Source of the DNA: an uncultured Spirochaetota bacterium
Lineage (GTDB): Bacteria > Spirochaetota > Spirochaetia > SZUA-6 > DRHE01
Assembly (NCBI GenBank): GCA_963736785.1
Contig: CAVTQG010000031.1
Coordinates: forward strand, 15,434 to 79,433
Length of the DNA stretch: 64,000 nucleotides
Direction of reading: 5' to 3'
The translations under genes and the position numbers were made by a program. Below are positions 27,329-38,616 of this stretch, one piece after another. The notes beneath the pieces are model-generated. The model did not search any database and was not told where the DNA came from. It saw only the letters and a program-made list of their open reading frames with translations. Numbering within the stretch: position 1 is the stretch's first letter; the number at the start of each line of letters is the position of its first letter.

Positions 27329-28378
27329 CTACGATTCCACTGACTTGCGGTAGAACTCCGCCATCTGGGCGCAGGTGCATACCCAGAGCGCGTTTCTGCC
27401 TCGACAGCTCGCCCAGCAGCTCGATGACCGGGAACAGGAACTCGTCGAGCGGATTGCCCCACCCTTCCCCGGGCACCGTCAGGTTGATCGGATGGCACAG
27501 CAGCGTGAAGACCCGCTGCTCAGCCATGGTCTCTTCGATGCGTCTCTTCCAGACTTCAAAGCCAAGCCGGGGCGTCCGTTCCCAGGCGCAGCCCGCGGCT
27601 CTGGCAGTAAGCCCGAACCGCCTCGACGAACACCGCATTGGAGCCGGCATCCGCGATCCAGATGGACCAGTCGTAGGTTTGGCTGTCCAGGGGGATCTCG
27701 ACGACGGGGTACTTCTTTTCCCCCAGGCCGATTTGGAAGGGCTGGCTGCCGAAACCCTGCCCGGGCACCACGAAATCATCGCCGCCCACATTGCTGGACC
27801 AGGCTCAGCCCGGCCTCCGCTATCGCCTCGTAGGAATATTCGTTGAAGTGGCCATAGGGCAGACGGATGCCCCTGGACCTTGTACCGGGCGAACTTCGCC
27901 AGCCGCCTTCTCCACGGCCCGAACCCCGTCCAGAACCTGGCGGCGGTTTTCCTTCGGGCCGAAATGCCCGGCATAGACCAGGGTTCCCCCGTACTGCTTG
28001 TCCAGGTCATGCACGTACCCGTGCGACGCGATTTCGCACCCCGCCTCCAGCAGCGCCCCGAGAAACTCGCCCCCGTGCTCCTCCGCCATCTTGCCCCACG
28101 ACGTTGAAGGTCGCCGGCACCCGATTCTCTGCCAGAGCCCGGCAAATCGATGAGTAGTTCCGCACCTCCGCTTCCAGGTCTCCGACGGCGTTCCCATAGG
28201 TTCCTTCCACGTCGAAGGTCAGCAGGACGGCGGCGGCCGCCCCGTTCGGGAACACGGTGCCTTTGGCAAGCGGCGCATGAACCACCACGCCATCGGGGGT
28301 CTGGCCGCCGAAGGTAAAGCCGCCGTAGCGGCCCTGAGCGTGCTTGGTGCCTTCGACCAGGCTTCTCTCCTGCTCCAC
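27329..28378 (-). pseudogene. polysaccharide deacetylase (NodB-homology domain), frameshifted (>=4)
   Basis: GTG at 28378 follows GGAGG. The pieces are ..AAAAVLLTFDVEGTYGN.., ..LLEAGCEIASHGYVHD.., ..GGDDFVVPGQGFGSQPFQIG..DWSIWIADAGSN.., ..RVFTLLCHPINL.., and the tail WVCTCAQMAEFYRKSVES with stop at 27329-27331. Confidence 0.68.
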
Positions 28379-28401
28379 GATCGCGCCTCCCGGCTCAGGC
28401 C

Positions 28402-29849
28402 TCAACGGGACGATTGCTCGAAGTCCCGGATGATGGCCGCGATCTCGCGCCGCTTCTCCGGCTCCAGGCCCACGTCCTCGCGCCGCTTCAGGATTTCCAC
28501 CATATCCGCCGCTTTCTCCACCACGGATTTCGAGCCCTTGGCCTTCCAGTTCTCGTATTTTTCCCGGGTGAAGACCGGCGAAGTCGACCATTCCTCCGAT
28601 CGCAGGAATCGCAAGGTCGACGGATCTTCCAGGAAGTTCCCCATGGGGCCGGCCCGGCGGAAGGAATCCAGGCACAGGTGCTCGCAGGTCGACGCTGATC
28701 CCCTGGGCCATGCGCCGGGCCAGCTTGAACAGCTCGTTGTCGAGCACCAGCTGCTCGAAGGCGGCGGTCTCGCCCGTGGCGAACATGCCGGCGTTCACCA
28801 TCAGGTCGCTCCCGCCCGAGTATTCCCGCGATCACCTGCAGCATGTTTTCCATGCCGAGCTGCTCGTCCAGCTCGTGGCTGTCCGAGGTCGGGATGCAGG
28901 CATGCGTGGGCAGTCCGTAGTAGCGGGCCAACTGCGAGCCGGCGATGATGATCAGGGTGACTTCGGGCGTTCCCAGCAGCGCCGTCAGGGAGCTCATGTC
29001 GAACTGCCCGCCGCCGTTGTAGCACAACAGAGGAGCTCCGGGGTTGAGCAGCTGGGCGATCACGACGCCCGACAGCACTTCGCAGTTCTTCTGAATCAGG
29101 TTGCCGGCGAGGGAATAGGGGGAGGTCGCTCCGGCCAGGGGCCCCGGCAGGATGGTGCAGGGAAGTCCCTCCCGGGCCACCCGGACGAACCCTTTGATCG
29201 TGCCTTCATTCCAGAACAAGGGGCTGGAAGGGGAGAATTGGCAGATTCCGATCGGATTCTCACCGATCTTTCCGCCGCCCGATACGACCTTGAGCATCTC
29301 GAGGATCGCCGCCACTTCGCGATCGTGCTCGGGCGAGAACAGGATGGGTTTCACCGTGTTGTTGAGGACCGCATCGACGCCGTGCAGCAGCGAGGACTGC
29401 GGGGCAACGTCCTGGGGCATGGCCTCCGGGCTGACCACGTCGATCTGCTCCAGGTAGTTCGCCAGCTTGGCGAACTGGCCTACCTCCTGTTTGGTCGCCG
29501 GCAGGCGCGCAGGCGCCCGCCCCATGCCAGGTATAGACGGCATTGTGGCCGGAGGCGAAGCGGGGCGGCTGCCCCTCGCCCAAGCGCAGGCTGTAGGATT
29601 TGTCCCGGTTGCAGACCCGGATTTCCCGGGGGGCCAGGTCGATGGCCTTTTGCACCAGATCAGGCTCGAACTTCGCCAGCAGTCCCGGTCCTGATCGACG
29701 CCGACCCCTTTGTCTTCCAGCAGGGACAGCATCTCCCTGCTCTTGATCTTGATGCCGACCTCCTGCAGGATCTCGCGGCTGGCGCGATCGATGAGCGCCA
29801 GCTCCTCGTCGTTGAGCACCTTCAATCCGGACAGCCTCATTGTGATCAC
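28402..29849 (-). pseudogene. MttB-family (trimethylamine methyltransferase superfamily, non-Pyl type) protein, frameshifted (>=4)
   Basis: The N-terminus is MRLSGLKVLNDEELALIDRASREILQEVGIKIKS, typical of MttB. The core is ..LPCTILPGPLAGATSPYSLAGNLIQKNCEVLSGVVIAQLLNPGAPLLCYNGGGQFDMSSLTALLGTPE.. It continues ..MVNAGMFATGETAAFEQLVLDNELFKLARRM.. and ends ..REIAAIIRDFEQSSR. All breaks are frame changes and none is an amber codon. Confidence 0.7.
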
Positions 29850-30681
29850 CCCTTATACACGGAACCGGTCATCCCTTCGATGAACTGGGTCTGGAACAGC
29901 AGGAACAGCAGCAGGATGGGGCCAATGCTCAGCACCGCGCAGGCGGTGGCCAGTCCCCAGTCCGTGTAGCTGCGCACCGGGATCGAAGACAGCCCCACGG
30001 TCAGGGTGTACATGTCCTTGGTCGTCGTGACGATCAGAGGCCAGAGGAAATTGTTCCACTGGACCAGGAACGTGTAGATCGCCAGCATGGCCAGCGGGGA
30101 TCGGCAGATCGGCAGGATGATCCGGGAGTAGATCTTGAACTCGGGAGGTCCCGTCGATCCTCGCCGCCTCCATGAGTTCCGAGGGTATGGTTTGCATGTA
30201 CTGCCGCATCATGAACACCCCCACGGGGCTGGCCAAGGCGGGCAGCACCAGGCCGAGGTAGGTATTGGACAAGCTGCAGGCGCGATATGGTCAGGTAGAT
30301 GGGCAGAAAGGTCACGATCAACGGCACCATCAATGTCGCCAGGAGCACGTAGAAAATGAGGTTCTTCCCTGGAAAGGTTCTTCTTGGCAAAGGTGTACCC
30401 GGCGAGGGAATCGATGAACAGCACGGCAAGGATGGTCGCCGCCGGTTACGATCACGCTGTTCAGCAGCCAGCGCAGGAAGAGCGTGGAAAAAAGCAGGTA
30501 GCCGTAGTTGCGCAGCGATGATCCGGCGGAAGAAATCCGCGAGCAGGCTGGCCAGGGTATAGGTGTGGTGCAGAGAGGTGTTCACCAGGAACACGAACGG
30601 CCCGACGGACAGCAAAGGCGGCGACACCCAGAATCAGGTAGGCAGCTCACCCTGCGCCCCGACCTCGTATTTCCTGGCCAT
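29846..30681 (-). pseudogene. CUT1 ABC permease (MalG-like), system 2, frameshifted (>=5)
   Basis: The pieces are MARKYEVGAQGEL / AYLILGVAAFA / LLSVGPFVFLVNTSL / FIDSLAGYTFAKK / FPGKNLIFYVLLATLMVPLIVTFLPIYL / NTYLGLVLPALASPVGVFMMRQYMQTIPSELMEAARIDG / ..LAIYTFLVQWNNFLWPLIV..FIEGMTGSVYKG. Confidence 0.7.
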
Positions 30682-30690
30682 GCTCGCGCT

Positions 30691-31566
30691 CTAGTACTCG
30701 AGCTCGGTCCGAAAAGCCCTGAATTGAATCAGGGTTATGGCAAAGACGATGATCAGGATGGCCACGCTCATGGTGGCGGCCCTGCCCATGTCGTCGATCC
30801 GGAAGGCCTTCTGATAGATGTAGTAGACGATCGTGGTCGTCGCGTACCCTGGCCCCCCGTGGGTCATGGTGTATATCAGGTCGAAGGCCTGCAGGTTCCA
30901 GATGGTGGCCATGACCAGGACGAACAGCACGCTCGGCTTGATCAAAGGAAGGGAAATCCGGAAAAACGTCCGGGCCTGGCCTGCGCCGTCGATCTTCGCC
31001 GAGTCGTACAGCTCGCCCGGGATCGCCCGCAGCGCCGCCAGGAAGATCATGGAGTAGAAGCCCACCCCCCACCAGATGTCCACCACTCCCACCGTGACCA
31101 GGGCCAGCCGCTGGTCGCCGAACCAGTTCACCGCCCGCAGGCCGAGCGCGGAGAACAGGGAGGGAATGATGCCCGTCTTGGGAAAGAGCATCATTCTCCA
31201 GATTGCCGAAACCACCACCAGGGAGCCGAGCGTTGGGAAAATGACGCAGGCCCTCAACAGGGATTGCAGCGAATGCCGACGCCGACCAGCTGCCAGGCCA
31301 CGAGCAGGGACAGCACCAGGGAACCGGCGATGACGATCGCCGAGTAGACGAAGGTGTTCTGGATGGAAACCCAGAACACGGGATCGCGCAGGATGTTGAA
31401 GTAGTTCCGAAAGCCGGCAAATCGCAGGCTCTGCAGGATGCCGCCGGTCTGAAAGCTCATGACGATGGTCGCCAGGAACGGCGCGAGCATCAGTGCCAGG
31501 AAGACCAGCAGCTTCGGGGCAAGGAACAGGTAGGCGTGGCGGTTCGAGAAGAGTCGTGCTGCCCAT
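30691..31566 (-). pseudogene. CUT1 ABC permease (MalF-like), system 2, frameshifted (about 2)
   Basis: The N-terminus is ..LFSNRHAYLFLAPKLLVFLALMLAPFLATIVMSFQTGG.. (31254-31490 frame). The C-terminal 200 aa is intact (..DIWWGVGFYSMIFLAALRAIPGELYDSAKIDGAG..). Confidence 0.75.
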
Positions 31567-31577
31567 ACGGATGCTGC

Positions 31578-31608
31578 GGCGGGGGCGCTCCTCGCCGAAC
31601 GCCCCGCC
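31578..31608 (-). other. GC-rich intercistronic hairpin after SBP gene (system 2)
   Basis: GGCGGGGGCG ... CGCCCCGCC forms 9 bp with a one-base bulge and has no U-run. It lies between the SBP stop (31624) and the permease start (31566). Confidence 0.35.
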
Positions 31609-31623
31609 CCGATTTCCAGGTCG

Positions 31624-32920
31624 CTACTTATACCAGCCGATTTCCTGCAGCTTGTTGTTCAGCTCGAAAGCGGCGGTTTTCATGGCCGCCTCGGCGGTCT
31701 TCTTGCCGAGCATCGCCTGCTGGATCTCCTGAATCACCAGGTCCCATTCGATGAAGGGCCACTTCGGCCACTGGCAGGTAATAGGCCGTGGATTCCAGGT
31801 TCTTCTTCATGAACGCGTTGTCCTGGTACATCTCGCCCAGCAGGTCCTTTCGAGACGGCAGCACGCTCACCGCTTCCAGGTACTTGCGGACGTGCTCCTT
31901 CTTGGTGAGCGCCTGGATCAGCGCCCAGGCCAGCTCCTTGTCCTTGCAGGCCTCGCTGATCAGCCAGCCCTCCCCGGCCCCCGTCGTGGCGTTGCGTGGA
32001 GCGCCCGGCGCCGCGGTGGGACACAGGGCTGCCTCCCACGCGAGGTCGGGGTTTTCCTGGCGGGACATCATCTGGAACCAGGGGTTGGTGCCCATCATGG
32101 CGATCTCACCCCGCAGGAACCCGCTCTGCAGCGCCCTTCCCTCGAACAGGCCGATCGGCGGGCTGACCTTGTGCTTGTTGAGCAAGTCGACCATGAACTG
32201 GACCCCGCGAACGCACTCGGGGCTGTCCAGCAGGCAGCGCGAGCCATCCAGCGCGGCCACCAGTCCTCCGTAGGCCATCAGGTGCGCATAGTACATGTTC
32301 ACCGCTTCCCCGCTCTCGTTGCCCATCAGGCCGTAGCCCCAGACCTCCGGCTCCCCGTCGCCGTTCTTGTCCTGCGTGAGCCGTTTGGCCTGGTCCACCA
32401 GCTCGTCGTAGGTGGCCGGTGGCTTTCCGATTCCGGCGTCCTTGAACAGCTGGGTGTTGTACACGAGAGTCACCCCGTCGAAGGAGTACGGCACGCCGTA
32501 GGTGTGCCCCTCGAAGGAGTAGGCGCCGAGCAGGTTCTCGGGGATGATCTGGCTCAGCGCCTTGGTCCAGCCCCGCTTGTCGAGGGCCACGACCTGGCCC
32601 GCCTGGATGAACTTGTAGGGAAACGACTGGGCCGCGGAGAAGACCTCCGGCGGGTCGCCCGCGGCAAAGGCCGCGGTGTACTTTTCCACCCAGGTTTCCC
32701 AGGGTGTCACGACGAACTCGATCGTGACCTGCGGATGGGCAGCCTTGAACTCGTTGAAAGCCCCTTCCAGCAGGCCGTAGTCATTGTCGCTGTAGGGCGC
32801 TTTCCACACCCGCAGCGTGACCTTCTGCGCCTCCCCGCCGCCGGCCGCGAAGACCGCAAGGGGAAGCAGGCACAGCGCGATCGACAAAAAGACAACGACT
32901 CTTGCCACTCGACCGTTCAT
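31624..32920 (-). pseudogene. CUT1 extracellular solute-binding protein, system 2, one frameshift near 31775
   Basis: ATG at 32920 opens MNGRVARVVVFLSIALCLLPLAVFAAGG (signal peptide). About 380 aa of SBP_bac_1-like sequence follows. The corrected tail is PKWPFIEWDLVIQEIQQAMLGKKTAEAAMKTAAFELNNKLQEIGWYK with stop at 31624-31626. Confidence 0.8.
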
Positions 32921-32966
32921 CTCCGTTTTCCTCCTTAACGCAGTATTTCGGCACCCATTATAGGCC

Positions 32967-32995
32967 ACCGCCGGCGTGAAAGCCATCGCGGGTCG
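32967..32995 (-). promoter_or_regulatory. candidate promoter of CUT1 system 2 operon
   Basis: A perfect minus-sense TATAAT (rc of 32967-32972) lies 46 nt upstream of the ATG, followed by AAGGAGG. The -35 is weak (TGGCTT at 17-nt spacing). Confidence 0.35.
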
Positions 32996-33004
32996 TCGAC
33001 CTCA

Positions 33005-34308
33005 CTACAGGTAGAACCCCAGATATTTCTCTTCCAGGGTGTAGATCTCCGGACCGTAGTAATGGTACGGCGTGTACAGGTAGGCCTGCATCCTGGGGAA
33101 GAGGGCCTGCACCAGCGCCTTGTCCTTCGGCTTCACGACGATGTCCGGCCAGGATTCGTACAGCTCATCCAGGTCCCGGTCGCCGAACAACAGCCGCATC
33201 CAGGCATCCGGAGGGATGTTCAGAGTCCCGCCATCCGCGCCCATGGAAGTGTCCACGAAGCCGAGGGGCTTCACCTCGGCGATCCTGCCCGCCGGCGATG
33301 CGGATCAGGCAGGCCTCGGTGAACAGGTTCAGCACGAAATCGGTCGTGATGTTCCGAAAATCGGAGCCGGCCAGCCGTTTTTCCAGCACGGGGGCGACTT
33401 TCATCAGGAAACGGCTCAAGGAAGGAAGGCGGAACTCCCATTGGGTGCTGCGGGTCAGGATGCTGCCCAGGCTGCGGGCCAGCCCGGCCAGGGTTCCGCC
33501 GGCCGGCCAGTTGACGAGGATCTCGTCGCAATCCTTCTTCAGCAGCTGAAGCAGGGCCAGCGCCGTCTCCTGGTCCGGGAGGCCGCTTTCGAAAATGTGC
33601 ACCGTCCGCTTGTTCCTGACCAGGATCGCGTAGCCCAGGCGCGCCGCCGTCCTTCGCCGCCTCGACCACGAAGATCGGGAATTTCGCCGACTCCAGCAGG
33701 TAGCGCCAGTGGGCCTCGCCGCGCTGGAGGTAGCACGTCCAGGCCCGCCACGCAGCGGGGGTACATCCGGGCCAGCAGCGGGCAGGTCGCTCGAGGCCGG
33801 CCGCCCGCAGGCGGCAGGGCGCGGCGGCGGGCGCCTCCTCCACGCGCCAGGCCGGCAGCGACTGCGTGGCCAGGCCTTCCACGCAGTAGGAGTAGCCGAA
33901 CTGCCGGTAATAGAAGGGAATCCCCCAGAGCATGAGGATATCGTAGCCCCTATCCTCGGCGATCTGGTGCAGCCGCTGGATCTGCCGCCGCACCAATCCC
34001 TTCTTCCGGTACTCCGGGTGGGTGAAGATCATCTCCAGCTGCACGGCGTTGAGCTGCGTTCCCGCGAAACTCAGGCGCCAGGGGAAGAAGCAGCTGGTGG
34101 ACACCACCTCGCCCGTGGCGGTGTTCTCCACGATCTGGAACTCGTCCAGCTTGCGCTCCGGGTGGAAGCGCAACAGGCAGTCGGCGGTCAGGCCCTCCAC
34201 GATGTTCAGGTGCCTGCTCAGCACCGCGCCGAAGCGCTGGATGTCGTCCTCGTCACGCACCGAGCGCAGCACCAGGTCTGGAGCGATTTTCACCTCGGCC
34301 GGGAACAT
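33005..34308 (-). pseudogene. GNAT-family N-acetyltransferase with Eis-like/SCP2-like C-terminal region, frameshifted (>=2)
   Basis: It starts MFPAEVKIAPDLVLRSV. The GNAT motif A is ..QLEMIFTHPEYRKKGLVRRQIQRLHQIAEDRGYDILMLWGIPFYYRQFGY... It continues in ORF 33165-33602 (..VHIFESGLPDQETALALLQLL..) and ORF 33005-33274 (..MRLLFGDRDLDELYESWPDIVV..). Confidence 0.65.
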
Positions 34309-35550
34309 CGCACTACTTTCCATTCTCCGGATCGCCTCCCGGATCAGCTCCGCCATGCGGCTGGCAGCCGGGATGGACAGGAAGATCAGGTTCACCGTGA
34401 CCAGGCGCTGCATCAGGTCCTCGGTCACCGGGGTGAGGCCCCAGGTGTAGCGGTAGTTGCTCTTGGCCGTGTAGAAGGGGCAGCGCACCGGGCAGTCCGG
34501 CTGGGTGCGGTAGGCGGTGGACTCCCGGAAGAAGGGGAACTCGTAGGCCGGGTAGAAGTTGAAACCGAAGCGCAGGCCGATGCCCAGCTCCTGCTCCACC
34601 TGCTTGAAGCGCTCGTAGGACAGGCCGTGCTTGTCGCCTTCCCAGGTGCAGGCCCACCAGTAGCCGCTCATCCGGGCCTGCTTCGGGACCTGGCGGGCCT
34701 TGAGCCACTCGCAGCCGGCGATGGCCTGGTCCAGGATGGCCAGGGTCTTGTTGTAGGTGCCGTCGATGATGCCGTCCACCTTCTCCAGCTGAGCCAGCCC
34801 CACCGCGGCGGTGACCTCGTTCATGCGGTAGTTGAGGTACACGAACTTCGGCGATTCCCCGGAGAACCACCAGGCGGTGCGCATCTTCTCGAACAGCTCC
34901 TCGTTGTTGGTCACGGTCATGCCGCCGTCCCCGGTGGACAGCTGCTTGAACTCCTGGAAGCTGAACACGCCCAGGTCCCCGAAGGTGCCCGCGTGCTTGC
35001 CCTTCCAGGTGGCGTTCATCGAGTGGGCGCAGTCCTCGATCAGGAACAGCCCCTTGTCCCGGCAGATCTCGGCGATCGTGTCGATCTCGGCGCACTGCCC
35101 CCACATGTGCGTGACGATCACCGCCCGGGTCAGGGGCGTGATGTTGGCCAGCAGGGAGTCCGGGTCCATGTTGTAGGTGTCCCGCTTCACGTCGGCGAAG
35201 CGCGGCACGGCGTTGAAGTAGATCGCCGCCAGGCCACCGAAGTGCACGATCGGGTCCACGATCACCTCGGTGGCGGGGCCCGCCCCCGAAACGCTCACCG
35301 CCTCCACCAGCCCGGACATGGCGCTGTTCTTGGCCATGGCCTTCTTCGCGCCGACCTTTTTCGCGAAGGCCTCCTCGAAGCGGCGGGTCATGCTGGACTC
35401 GCTGATGTAGTTGCTCAAGGTTTCGCCGCGCAGCACCTCGGCCAGGTAGGTCAGCTCCGGCTCGCCCAGCCGGCGCAGCTCCCGGGCCGCGAACTTCGTG
35501 TCGATCAGGTGATGAGCCCGTTGCCCGGTCTTGTCGCTCTTCTCCGCCAT
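34309..35550 (-). CDS. DegT/DnrJ/EryC1/StrS-family sugar aminotransferase, copy 1
   Basis: This is the N-terminal ~414 aa of ORF 33271-35550. ATG at 35550 follows AGGAGGG. Motifs are ..VIVTHMWGQCAEIDTI.., ..LIEDCAHS.., ..GVFSFQEFKQLSTGDGGMTVT.. (Lys). No in-frame stop separates it from the GNAT reading frame. Confidence 0.8.
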
Positions 35551-35559
35551 CGTTCCCTC

Positions 35560-36613
35560 CTACAGTCGTTCCGGCCGCACGCTTCTGCCGTCCGCCGCCG
35601 ATTGCAGAGCGGCGAAGCAGACCGCGGCAGTGTTGAAGCCGCTCACCGCGTCATTATCCGGTTTCCTGTCCATTCGCACCTCATCGATGAAGGCATCCAG
35701 CGATGCCTTCCAGGTTTCCGAGACTCCGCCCTGCACGTTGTCCGGGACCCACGACTTCGGCAGGCGGATGTAGTCCTGCTCGTGGCCGGTTTCCGCAAAC
35801 TCAGGAGTGGTGTCCAGCCAGAGCCGGTTGTTGTCCAGGCTGCCCCGCGTGCCGAACAGGCGCAGGGTGAAGGTGAACGGCAGGATCGGGCCCAGGAAGA
35901 GCCCGACGCGACCCAGCGCGCCGTTTTCAAAGCGCAGATTGAGCAGGGCAATGTCCTCGGTCTGGATCTGCGTGGTTCTGGGCATGCGGATGTCCTTGAA
36001 GCAGGACACCTCGGCGACCTCGCCGCAGAAGTAGCGCAGCAGGTCCACGTTGTGCCCGGTGCCCGCGTGGATCAGCGAGCCGGCGATGTCGGTCTTGCCC
36101 AGCCACTCCCAGATGTCCAGGTTGCCCGGGACGTGGTGGAAGTAATCCGACTCGGCCAGCACCAGCTCGCCCAGCTCCCCGTCGGCGATGAGCTTCTTGG
36201 CGTGCGCCACCAGCGGGTTGAAGCGCCGGTGGTAGCCCAGCCGGCATTTCACGCCCGCCTTGGCCACCGCCCGGGCCGCCTGTCGGCAGCTTTCCAGGGT
36301 GATGCCCATCGGCTTTTCCAGGTAGAGGTGCTTGCCGGCCTCCGCGGCGGCGATGGCCTGCCCGGCGTGTGCCCCGTTGGGCGAGGCGATCACCACGGCG
36401 GCGAGGTCCGGCTGCTTGAGCATGTCCTCCAGCCTGGCATACGGCCGGGCGCGGCTCCCCGTCGCGCTCGATGAAGGCCTTGGCCTTGTCCTGGTCGGGA
36501 TCACACACCCCGACCAGCTCGGCCTGGGGGTTCTGCATGAGGTTCGACCCGTGGTGCGCCCCGATCCAGCCCACGCCGACCAGGCCGACCCGTACTTTGT
36601 CCTTCACTGCCAT
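35560..36613 (-). pseudogene. Gfo/Idh/MocA-family oxidoreductase, one frameshift (~36440-36480)
   Basis: MAVKDKVRVGLVGVGWIGAHHGSNL.. starts at ATG 36613 after GGAGGT. It continues in the frame of ORF 35560-36504 (..VVIASPNGAHAGQAIAAAEAGKHLYLEKPMG..). Confidence 0.8.
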
Positions 36614-36632
36614 GGTTACCTCCAATTGCATT

Positions 36633-37637
36633 CTAGCTGGCCGCCACCTGCGTGGATTGCCGGACGATCAGCCGCGTCTGAACCACCGCGGTCTCGAACT
36701 TCCCGGTCCGTCCCTTCAGCAGGATATCGATGATCTTCCTGGCGGACTCTTTCCTGGAAAAGCGCACGGTGGTCAGGGGAACGTGCAGCAGGCTGCTCAC
36801 GTACAGGTCGTCGTAGCCGGTGATGGACAGCTCGCCGGGAATATCCAACCCCATTTCGCGGGCGGCCTTGAGCAGCGCAATCGCCAGCCAGTCGTTGTAG
36901 CACACCAGCGCAGTCGGCCGCCTGGCCGCCTGCCGGATCGACTTCAGCACCGCCTCGCAGCCCTCGCTGTCCAGCGGATCCACCTGGAAATGCCAGGCCT
37001 TGGGAGTCGGCAGCCGGTCACCGGACAACAGGCGAAGCAAGTGTTTGTGCTGCAGATCCTCCTCGCCGCGGAAAGGACTGGCGTAGGCGATGCGCCTGTG
37101 CCCAAGCTGTCTCAGGTGGGAGTAGATCTGCTCCATTCCCGACGGCACGTCCGACACGATCATATTGGCCTTACCGGGAACGTCCCCGGTGTAGATGGTC
37201 GGCAGCGCCTCTGGATGGTTCCGGGAGTACAGCTTGTGATGCTTCACCATGTGCGTGAGCCCCATGTTCTCCAGCCTGCTGTCATCGGTGCCCTGGCGGA
37301 TCAGCAGGGCGCCATGGTGCTTGTGCAGAAGCGAGTCCAGCTCGCGGATGAGCTCCAGGTGGAAGGGGTCCTGCAGGTCCGGCACCAGGTAGCCAACCAG
37401 CAGCTTTTCGGTCACCGGCTGGCGCACGATCGAGCCGATCGACGGGTTGCACTCGATGATGCCGGCCTTTTCCAGGGCCTTGATGGCCCGCTTCACGGAG
37501 GGACGGCTGACGGAAAGCTCCGCGGCCAGGACGCGCTCCCCCGGAAGGATCTCGCCGATGCGGTAGCGCCCGCTGCGGATCTGGTTCTTGATGTAGTCGG
37601 CAACGTGCTGGAACTTGGGGACCGAGGAACTCTCCAT
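36633..37637 (-). CDS. GntR-type HTH regulator fused to LacI/PBP1-type sugar-binding domain (AraR-like architecture)
   Basis: Intact 334-aa ORF. The GntR wHTH is KFQHVADYIKNQIRSGRYRIGEILPGERVLAAELSVSRPSVKRAIKALEKAGII. The PBP1 effector domain shows ..ALVCYNDWLAIALLKAAREMGLDIPGELSITGYDD.. Confidence 0.82.
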   Translation of the reverse strand: MESSSVPKFQHVADYIKNQIRSGRYRIGEILPGERVLAAELSVSRPSVKRAIKALEKAGIIECNPSIGSIVRQPVTEKLLVGYLVPDLQDPFHLELIRELDSLLHKHHGALLIRQGTDDSRLENMGLTHMVKHHKLYSRNHPEALPTIYTGDVPGKANMIVSDVPSGMEQIYSHLRQLGHRRIAYASPFRGEEDLQHKHLLRLLSGDRLPTPKAWHFQVDPLDSEGCEAVLKSIRQAARRPTALVCYNDWLAIALLKAAREMGLDIPGELSITGYDDLYVSSLLHVPLTTVRFSRKESARKIIDILLKGRTGKFETAVVQTRLIVRQSTQVAAS

Positions 37638-37643
37638 GCCGTT

Positions 37644-38610
37644 TCAGTCTTCCTTCGCGTCCTTCCAATTGAAAGGCGTGACGACCGGCAGCTGGATGCC
37701 GGCGCGCTCCCTGATTCCGGCCATCGTTTCGGCGATCTGCTCCTCGACCAGGGCCGGCTTGCGCACACCGTCGAACAGGAACCATTCTTCCGCGTGCGAC
37801 ACCGACCGCCCGGGCTTCAGGAGGGTCAGGGGCGACAGCGACTCCAGCTCCACCCCCCAGTCCGCCGTGAACGTCTCCCAGCTGCACCCGAAATCGGGGT
37901 AGGCGGCTCCCCGCTGGTGCTCGTACTTGGCCAGGAAGCACAGGCCGTGGTTGAAGTAGGCCGCCCAGCCGTACTCGTTGGGCACGCCCAGCTTGAAGGA
38001 GGTCTTGGCCGCGGTGTCGTTGTCGACCACGATGTAGCGCTCGCCCCAGTAGACCCGCTTGTCGTTCATCGGGGAGTCAGGCCACAGGACGACGGAGCGG
38101 TTGGGCAGCAGGCCGGTGTTGCGCTGGACCACGGGGATCACCTCCCGGCCGCCCCTGGCTCCCACGGTCAGCGACCACACGGCCAGCTCGATCGGCCAGG
38201 CACCCTGGTTGGCCAGGGTGTTGACCACCCGCACCCGGTCCTCCAGCAGGCGCACTTCCAGCGTCTTGCGGATGTGGGTCCAGGGTTCCTCCGCCTGACG
38301 CAGGACCAGGCCGTCGGCCAGCCTCTCGAACTTCCGCCACCGGCGAGTTGTCCGGCATGTAGCTGCGCGGGAAGGCCTCCGGGCTGTGCCAGACGCGGTG
38401 CCCCCCGTAGATCCGCCAGGTGTCGCCGTCAAGCGCTCGGTCACGGGCGCCCGGTCCTCGAAGATGTTGGCCCCGTCGCCCAAAGCGAAGCGGATGATGC
38501 GGGGCCCCAGGTCCAGGGTGGCCACGACCTGGAAGCGCCCGTTGCGCACCTCCAGGGCCCGGCCCAGGTCCTTGGTAATCCTTCAGCTCGGCGAAGCGGC
38601 ACGTCCCCAT
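37644..38610 (-). pseudogene. hypothetical beta-rich protein (possibly DUF4380-like), frameshifted (about 3)
   Basis: The pieces are MGTCRFAELKDYQ.. / ..LEVRNGRFQVVATLDLGPRIIRFALGDGANIF.. / ..DGDTWRIYGGHRVWHSPEAFPRSYMPDN.. / ..LADGLVLRQAEEPWTHIRKTLEV. The C-terminal 200 aa is intact. The family assignment comes from memory of the W..YGGH..W..PE pattern only. Confidence 0.5.
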
Positions 38611-38616
38611 GGCGTG

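Noticed and set aside
28402-29849. Possible in-frame amber (pyrrolysine) codon in the MttB-family gene.
   Set aside because: Each interruption I traced is a change of reading frame (for example an extra G near 28815), not a TAG in the protein-like frame. The gene looks like a non-Pyl MttB homolog.
30625-30640. Apparent in-frame TGA early in the MalG-like gene of system 2 (possible nonsense or selenocysteine).
   Set aside because: The segment between reads AYLILGVAAFA in another frame, a proper TM1. The TGA is therefore out of the real frame, flanked by two compensating indels.
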